This document shows, piece after piece, positions 30,498-38,737 of a stretch of DNA of 64,000 nt. The position numbers and the translations under genes were made by a program. The stretch comes from a phage: sequence record PZ445511.1; one strand, written 5' to 3'. Under the pieces are notes generated by a model. It was not told where the DNA came from. It worked only from the letters and a program-made list of their open reading frames with translations, and did not search any database. Position 1 is the first letter of the stretch, and every line of letters starts with the position of its first letter.

Positions 30498-30887
30498 TGA
30501 TTTAAAAGACTAGTAAATCGGTAGACGAAAGCCCAAGCATCTTACCTCGCAGCAGCGGTTGAAATACGAGGTTAAATAAGACCGCTGACCATACTATAAA
30601 GTATAATCTATTGGAGATTATCTTAATTTATTTTTCGGCAGATGTTGCATCTGTCAAAATAAAACAAGACGTCGTTGGTAGTACCAACACAACTTCAAAG
30701 ATCAACGCTCAAGTATGAAAGCTGAAAAGTTAAAAGCACTCAAACTTCTAACCTTCTAAAGCTAAAAGATGCAAAGTATTCGTTGATGATTCAAACCCTA
30801 GATCAAAGGTACATGGCTCATAAGATATGGCCTGTGGCGCCTCTAGGCTGTTTATCGGTTTACTAGTTTCACAATTTAAAAATGTAT

Positions 30888-30916
30888 TTGCTAATTAGTT
30901 TAGTTTTCTGTATAAT
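30888..30916 (+). promoter_or_regulatory. Sigma70 promoter
   Basis: ttgcta-17bp-tataat. Confidence 0.55.
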
Positions 30917-30946
30917 ATATTTTTAAATTGATGAGACGAGGCTATT

Positions 30947-31210
30947 ATGATTTTTCATATTCTTATTGATGATGTGCGTAACCTTCATGGAATGGACATT
31001 ATAATTCGAACCCCCGAAGCCGCTGTTGAGTTTCTGAATAAAACCGATACCACAGGTCATTTCGTTTATATGGATAACGATCTGGCTGTAGATGATATGG
31101 AAGGTTATCAAATTCTTCGTTTACTCCTAGAATTTGGTCAGAGACCCAAGAAAGTGGTACTAGTAACCTCGAACCCTTCGTCTAAGAGACCATGCGTAAT
31201 GATCTCTTAG
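30947..31210 (+). CDS. Hypothetical protein
   Basis: 87-aa ORF after promoter and gagacgagg RBS. Confidence 0.5.
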   Translation: MIFHILIDDVRNLHGMDIIIRTPEAAVEFLNKTDTTGHFVYMDNDLAVDDMEGYQILRLLLEFGQRPKKVVLVTSNPSSKRPCVMIS

Positions 31211-31268
31211 ACGAAGGGTATCAAGAAAGCCCTAATCGTATTGAGTACGATTGGCCGGAGTAAATAAA

Positions 31269-31718
31269 ATGAAGGCAGCTTTGCTTTTAATAGCTGCCCT
31301 AACCTATAGCTTCAATAGTCATGCTACCTACGACGCTAAACAGATTGATTGCATTGCAAAAAATGTCTATTTTGAGAGCCGAGGTGAGGGCACGAAGGGA
31401 ATGGTTGCAGTTGCACAGGTCACCAAAAACCGTGTTAACTCTGGTACATTCCCGGATTCTTACTGTAAAGTAGTATATCAGTCTAACCAGTTCTCTTGGG
31501 TATCTAAGAGACCAAAAGTTGATAAAACCGATGCGGCTTGGCAAACTGCTAAGAATGTAGCTAGAGTGATATACTACGTTGATTTACCCCATGATCCAAC
31601 ATATGGAGCGTTATACTTCCATAGTGGTAAAGAAAAGCCGTACTGGACGAAAACGTTCAAGAAAACAACTAAAATTCAAGGCCACACGTTCTATAAGCCT
31701 GTGACTAAGAAAATTTAA
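31269..31718 (+). CDS. Secreted SleB-like cell-wall hydrolase
   Basis: Signal peptide MKAALLLIAALTYSFNSHA; conserved SleB/Hydrolase_2-like block NVYFESRGEG...VTKNRV...FP...C...QFSW. Confidence 0.6.
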   Translation: MKAALLLIAALTYSFNSHATYDAKQIDCIAKNVYFESRGEGTKGMVAVAQVTKNRVNSGTFPDSYCKVVYQSNQFSWVSKRPKVDKTDAAWQTAKNVARVIYYVDLPHDPTYGALYFHSGKEKPYWTKTFKKTTKIQGHTFYKPVTKKI

Positions 31719-31726
31719 AAATTCAA

Positions 31727-31755
31727 TTGCTTTAAGCCTTAAAATTCTGTATAAT
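31727..31755 (+). promoter_or_regulatory. Sigma70 promoter
   Basis: ttgctt-17bp-tataat. Confidence 0.55.
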
Positions 31756-31787
31756 AACTGTATAAATTGATGAGAGGAAAGCGAACA

Positions 31788-31958
31788 ATGAAAACCTTAG
31801 TAATTATTGGTGTTAATACTCATGGTATTCGTACTACGAAAACAGTTAAAACTACTAACATTGCTGAAATTACTACAAATCCTAAGAAGTTTGATTTCGC
31901 CAAAGTCTCAGCAGTTATGACAGAACAATCTTTTAACCAAGCACTGGGAATTAAATAA
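31788..31958 (+). CDS. Hypothetical protein
   Basis: 56 aa from ATG after gagagg RBS. Confidence 0.45.
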   Translation: MKTLVIIGVNTHGIRTTKTVKTTNIAEITTNPKKFDFAKVSAVMTEQSFNQALGIK

Positions 31959-32401
31959 TGGAAGAGAATATTCTAGATGTTTTGCGTAGGGCTTTGCAGG
32001 AATCCAAGTTTGATGGTTCTGATAAAGAAGTAGCTAAAAGCTACCAGACCATAATCGGAGATCTTCAGCGTGTTGATAAAGACTTCATTACTTCTGAACA
32101 GTTTATATCTTATCTAAAAGCTCAACTGAAAAGCATTAATCAGACGAAAGCTAAACTTCACAGTCAAGATCTTGATAATTATAGCTTGCAGTCTGCTCAG
32201 TATGAATATATACTGAACAAATGGTTACAGCAGTATTTGCCTCCTCAGCTATCTGATTCTGAGATTCGCAAATACTTCGCAGAATTAGTTAAGCTGAATC
32301 CTGGGATTACAAAGGGTATGCTGATGAAAGCGATTAAGGAAGAGTTTCCTGGTCGTTACGACGGTGGCATTGCTGCTCAGGTTGCTGGCGAATTTAATTA
32401 A
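31958..32401 (+). CDS. GatB/YqeY-domain protein
   Basis: 147 aa; C-terminal YqeY-like block NPGITKGMLMKAIKEEFPGRYDG. Confidence 0.55.
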   Translation: MEENILDVLRRALQESKFDGSDKEVAKSYQTIIGDLQRVDKDFITSEQFISYLKAQLKSINQTKAKLHSQDLDNYSLQSAQYEYILNKWLQQYLPPQLSDSEIRKYFAELVKLNPGITKGMLMKAIKEEFPGRYDGGIAAQVAGEFN

Positions 32402-32409
32402 AAATTAAT

Positions 32410-32438
32410 TTGCTAAACGCTTCAAAATTCTGTATAAT
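32410..32438 (+). promoter_or_regulatory. Sigma70 promoter; downstream HNH ATG sits 7 nt after the -10
   Basis: ttgcta-17bp-tataat; ATG at 32445 with no Shine-Dalgarno. Confidence 0.5.
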
Positions 32439-32444
32439 ATATTC

Positions 32445-32927
32445 ATGAAAAGGAAAGAATACCCTACTAAAGAAATACTTGAAAAATATTTTGTAGCTGA
32501 TCCTGATAATGGGATACTATATAGGAAAACAAAGAAAGGTTTGAAAGAGTGTTGTGCCAATAATAAGAAATCACATCCAGATGTGGGATTTCAGGGCGAC
32601 ACCTATCAACTGCATGTCTTATTATTTATTATGTACTATGGATATAGGCCTGAAGAAGTAGATCATAAGGATACTAATCCTAGAAATAATAGGAAAAATA
32701 ATCTAAGGGACGCCTCTAGATCGCAAAATAATGCGAATAGAAACCAACAATGCAATAATACTTCTGGGTACAAAGGAGTAAGTTGGGAAGGCTCTTCCTG
32801 GAGATACCAAGTAAGACATGAAGGAAAAAATTACAGTAAAAGAGGGTTTAAAACTGCGGAAGAGGCTTTCGAGGCCTCTAAGATATTAAGAGAATCCTTA
32901 CATAAAGAATTTACTAACTTTGGTTAG
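32445..32927 (+). CDS. HNH homing endonuclease (HNH_3 plus AP2-like domain)
   Basis: 160 aa; VDHKDTNPRNN...NLR and SGYKGVSW motifs; paralog of 26830 and 37805 genes. Confidence 0.7.
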   Translation: MKRKEYPTKEILEKYFVADPDNGILYRKTKKGLKECCANNKKSHPDVGFQGDTYQLHVLLFIMYYGYRPEEVDHKDTNPRNNRKNNLRDASRSQNNANRNQQCNNTSGYKGVSWEGSSWRYQVRHEGKNYSKRGFKTAEEAFEASKILRESLHKEFTNFG

Positions 32928-32965
32928 TAATAGTGGGGTGCCGAAACCACTTATGTAACAACACT

Positions 32966-33037
32966 GCCGTCCTAGTATAATAGGTATTATTAGGGCTTCA
33001 CCGCCTGAAGATGTGGGTTCGAGTCCCACGGTCGGAA
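32966..33037 (+). other. tRNA-like element (canonical T-arm, non-canonical anticodon arm, no CCA)
   Basis: gtgggTTCGAGTcccac T-arm plus 6-of-7 acceptor pairing; 5-nt loop where anticodon loop should be. Confidence 0.3.
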
Positions 33038-33499
33038 AGAGTTGGATAACTGGTGCTTCTAATGGCGAAGCAATCGCAGGCAGTTGCGCACTGCCAAAAC
33101 CACGCGGTAGTTGGTTCCAGGCTAACCAACCACTCTTGAAAAGTATATACTACGGTTTTGCTTGTTCAGGAAGCTTCGCATCGAAAATCGGAGGTGCGAT
33201 TTTATCAGACCGCGTGGAGGACGTCTCTCCGTTAAGTGACGAAAAGTGGGACGATTCAGGTAGAGCTGGATATGGAACACCTATACATATGCGGAGTGCG
33301 CACAAAGCATATTGCGGTGGTACTAAACGAAATTAGGAGTCATGACCTGCACAAGTTTAGTATGTCATAACCGATGTACATTCAGTACAAAAACCACTGA
33401 AGCTAAGATAGATAGTCACCTTGACTTAAACTGGAAGATATTGTCTGACGGAAGGGCTGCAGAGCTTAATCTGAGGGGGCTGACCCTACCTACCGTCGG

Positions 33500-33539
33500 G
33501 TATCTTTAAGAGTTCTTACGAGAACTCTTAAAGATACCT
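33500..33539 (+). other. Perfect 18-bp inverted repeat hairpin with TACG loop
   Basis: ggtatctttaagagttct / agaactcttaaagatacc, exact complement, 18 nt upstream of the next ORF. Confidence 0.8.
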
Positions 33540-33557
33540 AAACATTAAGGAATACTG

Positions 33558-34067
33558 ATGAATCTAGGAACTACTTGTATATTTGATCACAGAGAAATGT
33601 GTTGCCCACATATTCTGTATGTAGTTCACTTTGCAGAACGTCTTACTCTGGATGAAGCTCGTGAGAAAATGGGTGGAATTACTGGATATGATTTCCGTGA
33701 AGGTGAATACTTTAGCATTGCTCTTGATTACATTGACAATACCCGTCTCTATCATCTAGTGCAGCTAGGGGAAGAAACTGATGAAGTGAAAATGGCGAAA
33801 GATACTCTACGTCGTTATCGTCCTCAGATTCTAGAACGTACACTTCGTGGAGAACGTAGTGACCCATTGTTCTTGAAGTGCTATGACGCAGATGTTAATG
33901 AGTATCTAGGACAGCAACGGTTTTACACTGAAATCAAAGAGTTTGTTCGTGAAAAATACGACGCTCTACTAATTGATTCCAGAGCACGACGTGCAGCTAA
34001 AAATGCTGAGAAATCTGCTAAAGCAGCACTAGAAAGCCAAACCAAACTGAACGAAATCGTTAAGTGA
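33558..34067 (+). CDS. Hypothetical protein
   Basis: 169-aa ORF after aaggaa RBS. Confidence 0.55.
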   Translation: MNLGTTCIFDHREMCCPHILYVVHFAERLTLDEAREKMGGITGYDFREGEYFSIALDYIDNTRLYHLVQLGEETDEVKMAKDTLRRYRPQILERTLRGERSDPLFLKCYDADVNEYLGQQRFYTEIKEFVREKYDALLIDSRARRAAKNAEKSAKAALESQTKLNEIVK

Positions 34068-34075
34068 TCTAATTT

Positions 34076-34150
34076 CGGGGTGTAGTCTAAGGGATAGGCA
34101 GGAGTCTTCTAAATTCCTTTATGCAGGTTCGAATCCTGTCACCTCGGCCA
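34076..34150 (+). tRNA. tRNA-Arg (anticodon TCT)
   Basis: Acceptor cggggtg/cacctcg, anticodon loop cttctaa, T-arm gcaggTTCGAATcctgt, CCA encoded. Confidence 0.8.
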
Positions 34151-34176
34151 ATCTTATTACCTGTTAGGAAAATAAA

Positions 34177-34377
34177 ATGAAAACACGATATATAGTAAAA
34201 GTAGTAGGTGAACATTCGCAAGTAAATACCACGGATGTTACAGCACTAGCATTTGAGGTAGTCTCCGGTATAGTCATATTTCATAATGGGGATATCAAAG
34301 CTCCTGAATTTGCTGTGGATGCTGGCCTGTTTATTTCTGCAACTAAAGTAACTGTAGTAGCTAACTCTTCTAAATAA
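34177..34377 (+). CDS. Hypothetical protein
   Basis: 66-aa ORF just upstream of SPFH gene. Confidence 0.45.
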   Translation: MKTRYIVKVVGEHSQVNTTDVTALAFEVVSGIVIFHNGDIKAPEFAVDAGLFISATKVTVVANSSK

Positions 34378-34388
34378 TAAGGAAATAT

Positions 34389-35333
34389 ATGTTTACTAAA
34401 AACACTAAAGAACTGACTTCTGAGCAAAAAGTAATTCGTACTATTAAACGTTGGGGTGTTGGTGCTGCTATTAGTCTTGGTGCTCTTATTCTGGCTCTCA
34501 ATTCCTATACAGTTGTTCAGGATGGTACTGTTAAGACCCAAACCTTCCTGGGTAAAGTTAGCCCTAATCCTGTATTGCCAGGCTTCCATATTGTTAACCC
34601 ATTTGCTTCTTTTGATACTTTTAGTACGAAAGATATTTCCATGAAACTGGATAAACTTCAGGTTCCTAGCCAGGATAAGTTTAAGTCCACTGTTGACATT
34701 ACCGTTATGTTGCAGTTTGATGGTGCTAAAGCTCCTATGAACCGTGTTAACGCAGGTACTCAGGATCAAGCTCTGAACAAGTACGTTGAAGAGAAGATGC
34801 TGTCTACGATTCGTGAGTTTGGTAAGTCTGTACCAAAAGCACAAGATCTGTTCGACGCTAAGATTCAGGCTCAACTGCAAACCGCTATTCAGCAAGAAGT
34901 AGAAGAGTATGCGCGTCCTTATGGTTACACCGTTAAGCAAGTATTCCTTCAGGATATTACTCTGCCACCGGTAATCATGGAACAGGTACAGAACACCAAA
35001 GTTCGTGAAGAACAAGTTAACGCTGCAAAAGCTGAACTGGCTCGTGTTGAACAAGAAGCACAGCAGAAAGTTAAGCAAGCTGAGGCGGATCGTTCCGCTC
35101 GTGAAAACATGGCAGTAGCTAACGAACGTGACGCAGATGCTAAACTGTACGCAGCTAAGAAAGAAGCTGAAGCTAACGCCGCTCTGCAACGTACCATTAC
35201 TCCTGAAATGATTCGTTGGAAGCAGCTGGAAGTTGAAATGCTTCGTGCTGAAAAATACCAAGGTGGTGTACCACAGACTGTTGTCGGTACTGGCTACGAT
35301 GGTCAAATGATCATGGATATGCGTAACAAGTAA
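34389..35333 (+). CDS. SPFH/band-7 (stomatin/prohibitin-like) membrane protein
   Basis: 314 aa; N-terminal TM helix, SPFH core, long Ala/Gln/Glu coiled-coil C-terminus. Confidence 0.7.
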   Translation: MFTKNTKELTSEQKVIRTIKRWGVGAAISLGALILALNSYTVVQDGTVKTQTFLGKVSPNPVLPGFHIVNPFASFDTFSTKDISMKLDKLQVPSQDKFKSTVDITVMLQFDGAKAPMNRVNAGTQDQALNKYVEEKMLSTIREFGKSVPKAQDLFDAKIQAQLQTAIQQEVEEYARPYGYTVKQVFLQDITLPPVIMEQVQNTKVREEQVNAAKAELARVEQEAQQKVKQAEADRSARENMAVANERDADAKLYAAKKEAEANAALQRTITPEMIRWKQLEVEMLRAEKYQGGVPQTVVGTGYDGQMIMDMRNK

Positions 35334-35346
35334 TAGTTACACGTAA

Positions 35347-35383
35347 TCTTCGAACCAAGCCCGCGTTTCCTTCGAGAGCGCGG
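35347..35383 (+). terminator. Rho-independent terminator
   Basis: aagcccgcg...cgcgggctt hairpin then TTTCTATATTT. Confidence 0.6.
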
Positions 35384-35537
35384 GCTTTTCTATATTTAAG
35401 GCAAAAGAAAAAGCCCATAAGTTATTCAACTAAGGTCTTTAGTATTTAATTCTTTAGAATCATATACTATTATTGCAGCAACAACGTGCTAACCTTAAGT
35501 GCCCTGCGATTTTCCTCTAAAAAGTTAAAAAATTCGA

Positions 35538-35566
35538 TTGCTTGAATGCTAAATTCTCTGTATAAT
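35538..35566 (+). promoter_or_regulatory. Sigma70 promoter for nadR-pnuC
   Basis: ttgctt-17bp-tataat; leader identical to the one at 37402-37437. Confidence 0.6.
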
Positions 35567-35596
35567 ATATTTATAAATTTGAGAGAGGAATCAAAT

Positions 35597-36652
35597 ATGA
35601 TTAAGACTGGTCTAGTAATTGGTAAGTTCGCACCATTAACGCGTGGTCATATTAACCTAATAAACACAGCAGCAACTATGTGTGAACGAGTTATTGTTGT
35701 AGTTAGTCATGATAATCGTTGGCTGGATAAGCAGAACACACGTGATAAGGAAGTATTACAGTTAAAGAATCGACTTCGTTGGTTAGAACAAACTTACGCG
35801 GATATTGAGCACATTTCGGTAGAGTACATTATTGAAGATGATATTCCTGAATATCCGAATGGTTGGCCGGAATATGCTAGAATCCTTAATGAAAATTACG
35901 GACATTTGCCTGAGATCACCGTTTTCTCTAGCGAACTAGACTATGATGCAGAATATAAGAAATATCTGCCGAAGTTTGGTCATTATATTGTAGATTCTGA
36001 TCGGACTCGTGTTCCAATCTCAGCTACAATGATTCGTAATGATCTTATGAAGTATTGGGAGTTTCTTCCTAGCGTAGTTCGTAAAGATTACGTGCGTAAG
36101 GTTGTAATCATTGGGACTGAAAGCTCGGGAAAGACTACTTTAACAAAATACCTTGCGAAGCTATACAACACTTCGTGGGTAGAAGAATATGGTCGAACGT
36201 ATTGTGAAGTTGATCTAGTTGGTAACGAAAATCTGCTTACCAGCGAAGATTATAGTAAAATTGCGTTCAGACACAAAGAGCTAGAGTTTGAAGCAGAACG
36301 TACTGCAAATAAGATCATGTTTGTGGATACAAATGCTTTTATTACTGAGTTCTACCACAGACTTTATGAACATAGTAAGAATCCTGTGGTTACAGCAATT
36401 GCAAAAGAAGAACATTATGATTTAGTAATTGTTCTAGCGCCTACTGTCAAGTGGGTAGATGATGGTTTACGTATTAACTCCGATCGTTCAATTACTTCTG
36501 AACTATTCGAGCAGATGAAGAAAGAATTTCCAAATCAGTTCCCTGAAGGGCGTACTGTTTACATCGACTCTCCGGACTACAAAGTTCGTATGGACGAAGC
36601 AGTAAACGCAGTAGACTGGCTGATTCATCACTTTAACGTTGGAGAGTTTTAA
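35597..36652 (+). CDS. nadR: NadR-type bifunctional NMN adenylyltransferase / ribosylnicotinamide kinase
   Basis: N-terminal nucleotidyltransferase GKFAPLTRGH (HxGH-class), C-terminal P-loop GTESSGKTTL kinase; start set after gagagagg RBS. Confidence 0.75.
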   Translation: MIKTGLVIGKFAPLTRGHINLINTAATMCERVIVVVSHDNRWLDKQNTRDKEVLQLKNRLRWLEQTYADIEHISVEYIIEDDIPEYPNGWPEYARILNENYGHLPEITVFSSELDYDAEYKKYLPKFGHYIVDSDRTRVPISATMIRNDLMKYWEFLPSVVRKDYVRKVVIIGTESSGKTTLTKYLAKLYNTSWVEEYGRTYCEVDLVGNENLLTSEDYSKIAFRHKELEFEAERTANKIMFVDTNAFITEFYHRLYEHSKNPVVTAIAKEEHYDLVIVLAPTVKWVDDGLRINSDRSITSELFEQMKKEFPNQFPEGRTVYIDSPDYKVRMDEAVNAVDWLIHHFNVGEF

Positions 36653-36653
36653 T

Positions 36654-37331
36654 ATGACTAACTATCTCGTAAATGACTTTAAAAACTGGAAACCTCTGGA
36701 ATATCTGTGGCTGTTCATAGCGGTTGTCTTCATTAGTTTAGCAAACTATAATGGTACAGCTCTAGATTGGGCTACTGCAATAACCAATGTGGTTTGTGTT
36801 ATTCTGGTTGCAAAAGGACGTATTTCCAACTATATTTGGGGCTTAGTGGGTGTTCTTACATATGGTATTACAGCTTTAAACGCAGATCTTTATGGTAACG
36901 CTGCACTAAACCTGCTATACTACGTTCCTATGCAGTTTTATGGAATGTACTTATGGCATAAAAATAAGCCAAGTAATCTGCCAGATGTTCCAACTAAGGT
37001 TCTGACTAAAGCCCAAGCTCTGCTGACTCTAGGGATTCTAGCAGTAGCCACGTTAGGGTATGGTAGTTTCTTAGCTACTACGGCTGATCCATTTCCAATG
37101 TTGGATGCATTTACTGCTGTAGGTAGTGTGATCGCTATGTGGCTTATGGTTAAGCAATATGCCGAGCAGTGGCTGATCTGGATTGCTATTAACATTGGTA
37201 CTGTGTACATTTGGCTTGTAACTGCTCAATCTACAGGTGCATCTTATGCAATCCTAGCAATGTGGCTAGTATTCTTAGGTAACTCTATTATAGGAGCCTA
37301 TAAAGGATACTTTGTACGCGTTAACAAATAA
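36654..37331 (+). CDS. pnuC: PnuC-like nicotinamide riboside transporter
   Basis: Multi-helix membrane protein with conserved W/Y-rich PnuC-like blocks; coupled to nadR. Confidence 0.65.
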   Translation: MTNYLVNDFKNWKPLEYLWLFIAVVFISLANYNGTALDWATAITNVVCVILVAKGRISNYIWGLVGVLTYGITALNADLYGNAALNLLYYVPMQFYGMYLWHKNKPSNLPDVPTKVLTKAQALLTLGILAVATLGYGSFLATTADPFPMLDAFTAVGSVIAMWLMVKQYAEQWLIWIAINIGTVYIWLVTAQSTGASYAILAMWLVFLGNSIIGAYKGYFVRVNK

Positions 37332-37338
37332 AGTAGTT

Positions 37339-37364
37339 ATAGCCCTCGCTTAGAGGGCTATTAT
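37339..37364 (+). terminator. Hairpin terminator after pnuC
   Basis: atagccctc-gctta-gagggctat, weak U-tract. Confidence 0.45.
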
Positions 37365-37378
37365 ACAGAAATTTTCAC

Positions 37379-37407
37379 TTGCTTAATATAGAAAATTTCT
37401 GTATAAT
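37379..37407 (+). promoter_or_regulatory. Sigma70 promoter
   Basis: ttgctt-17bp-tataat; -10 plus leader plus RBS duplicated from nadR promoter. Confidence 0.6.
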
Positions 37408-37437
37408 ATATTTATAAATTTGAGAGAGGAATCAAAT

Positions 37438-37734
37438 ATGAAACGCATTGTACTTGCATTGACTCTAGTATCTACTTCTGTATTTGCTGCTCCACAACAG
37501 GAACTTTGTCAAGTTCAAGTTTGTAATAAGCTAGAACGATTTACTCTAGACATTTGGTCCCACATTAAAGATAATATGGGTGAACAGTGTTTTGATATTG
37601 TTCTGCCAAAAGAACAAGCTGTTCCTGGGGCTGTTCTCAGCTCAGAATCACGTTGGTGGCAAGGTTCTTCTATCAACCCAACTAAGAAGTCAGTGACACG
37701 TATCAAACAAGTATATCAGTGCAACGTTCAGTAA
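37438..37734 (+). CDS. Secreted Cys-containing protein
   Basis: Signal peptide MKRIVLALTLVSTSVFA then mature domain with 4 Cys. Confidence 0.55.
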   Translation: MKRIVLALTLVSTSVFAAPQQELCQVQVCNKLERFTLDIWSHIKDNMGEQCFDIVLPKEQAVPGAVLSSESRWWQGSSINPTKKSVTRIKQVYQCNVQ

Positions 37735-37742
37735 AATTTCAC

Positions 37743-37771
37743 TTGCTTAATGCCGAAATTTTCTGTATAAT
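37743..37771 (+). promoter_or_regulatory. Sigma70 promoter
   Basis: ttgctt-17bp-tataat. Confidence 0.55.
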
Positions 37772-37804
37772 ATATTCATAAATTTGGAAGATTAGGAACT
37801 ATTT

Positions 37805-38314
37805 ATGTTAGACTATGAGTCTATACTTTATAGATTCCGTTTAGAAGATGGTGTACTGGTGTGGAATCCGCTCTCCGGAAACTCCAGAGAGGAGAAGATA
37901 TTTAATACTAAGTTTGCCAATAAACCTGCGGGATCTTTGCACAAAAGCTCTGGGTATATCAGAGTTAACGTTGATCACCAAGATTACTTAGCTCATATCA
38001 TAGTATTTATACTATGATATGGGTATAGGCCGGAAATGGTTGATCATAAAGACTGCAATAAGTTAAATATACATCCTTTAAATTTAAGAGCAGCGGATAG
38101 TACCACTAATACTCATAATGCTAGTAAATCTTCTAGGAATACTAGCGGATTTAAGGGAGTATCCTACCACAAAGCATCTGGTCAGTGGCAGGGTAGAATA
38201 ATGTTTAAAGGTAAGTCATACTCCGCAGGGCTGCACAGTACTCCTGAAGCAGCAAATGAAGCTCTAATTCAACTGAGAGAGAAACTTCATGGGGAATATG
38301 CCCGAAATAATTAA
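37805..38314 (+). pseudogene. HNH homing endonuclease interrupted by in-frame TGA at 38015-38017
   Basis: Reading continues in the same frame across TGA: ...AHIIVFIL-stop-YGYRPEMVDHKDC..., matching the paralog sequence FIMYYGYRPEEVDHKD. Confidence 0.55.
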
Positions 38315-38403
38315 GGAAGAATAGCATAACGGTATTGCAGCAGATTGCTAATCTGTCGGTTTGAAACATAGCCTTGTGGGTTCGATTCCCACTTCTTCCG
38401 CCA
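38315..38403 (+). tRNA. tRNA-Ser (anticodon GCT), class II
   Basis: Acceptor ggaagaa/ttcttcc, anticodon loop ttgctaa, long variable arm, T-arm gtgggTTCGATTcccac, CCA. Confidence 0.75.
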
Positions 38404-38408
38404 AATTT

Positions 38409-38486
38409 GGTTCTCAAGCTCATTTGGTATGAGCCGTCGCCTCATAAGCGAAAGGTAGGTAGGTTCGAATCCTCCGGGAGCCACCA
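38409..38486 (+). tRNA. tRNA with CAT anticodon (Met or Ile2)
   Basis: Acceptor ggttctc/gggagcc (two G-U), D-arm gctc...gagc, anticodon loop ctcataa, T-loop TTCGAAT, CCA; A at position 8. Confidence 0.65.
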
Positions 38487-38635
38487 GATAACTAGGAGAC
38501 TTTATGTCACGCTTTCACGAAATTAAGCAAGAACTAGAAGAATGTATGTGTACTGAATGTTGGGGTTCTGGCACTTAATGTTCCAGTGACTGGATTCCCT
38601 GATTGGCTGCAAGGTTACGAACTCTAACAAAATTT

Positions 38636-38721
38636 GGATCTGTGGTGGAATTGGCAATACACACCATGCTTAAAACGTGGCGCTTAAATGATTGAGGGTT
38701 CGAGCCCCTCCAGATCCACCA
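38636..38721 (+). tRNA. tRNA-Leu (anticodon TAA), class II
   Basis: Acceptor ggatctg/cagatcc, anticodon loop cttaaaa, 13-nt variable arm, T-arm gagggTTCGAGCccctc, CCA. Confidence 0.75.
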
Positions 38722-38737
38722 AATTAAGGAAGTAAAA

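Noticed and set aside
34281-35306. 341-aa ORF on the minus strand
   Set aside because: Antisense to the SPFH gene, whose product has a coherent domain structure; the minus ORF is Leu/Ser/Phe-rich with no start context.
35546-35596. Upstream extension of nadR (track start 35546)
   Set aside because: The extension covers the promoter -10 and leader; the ATG at 35597 follows the conserved RBS.
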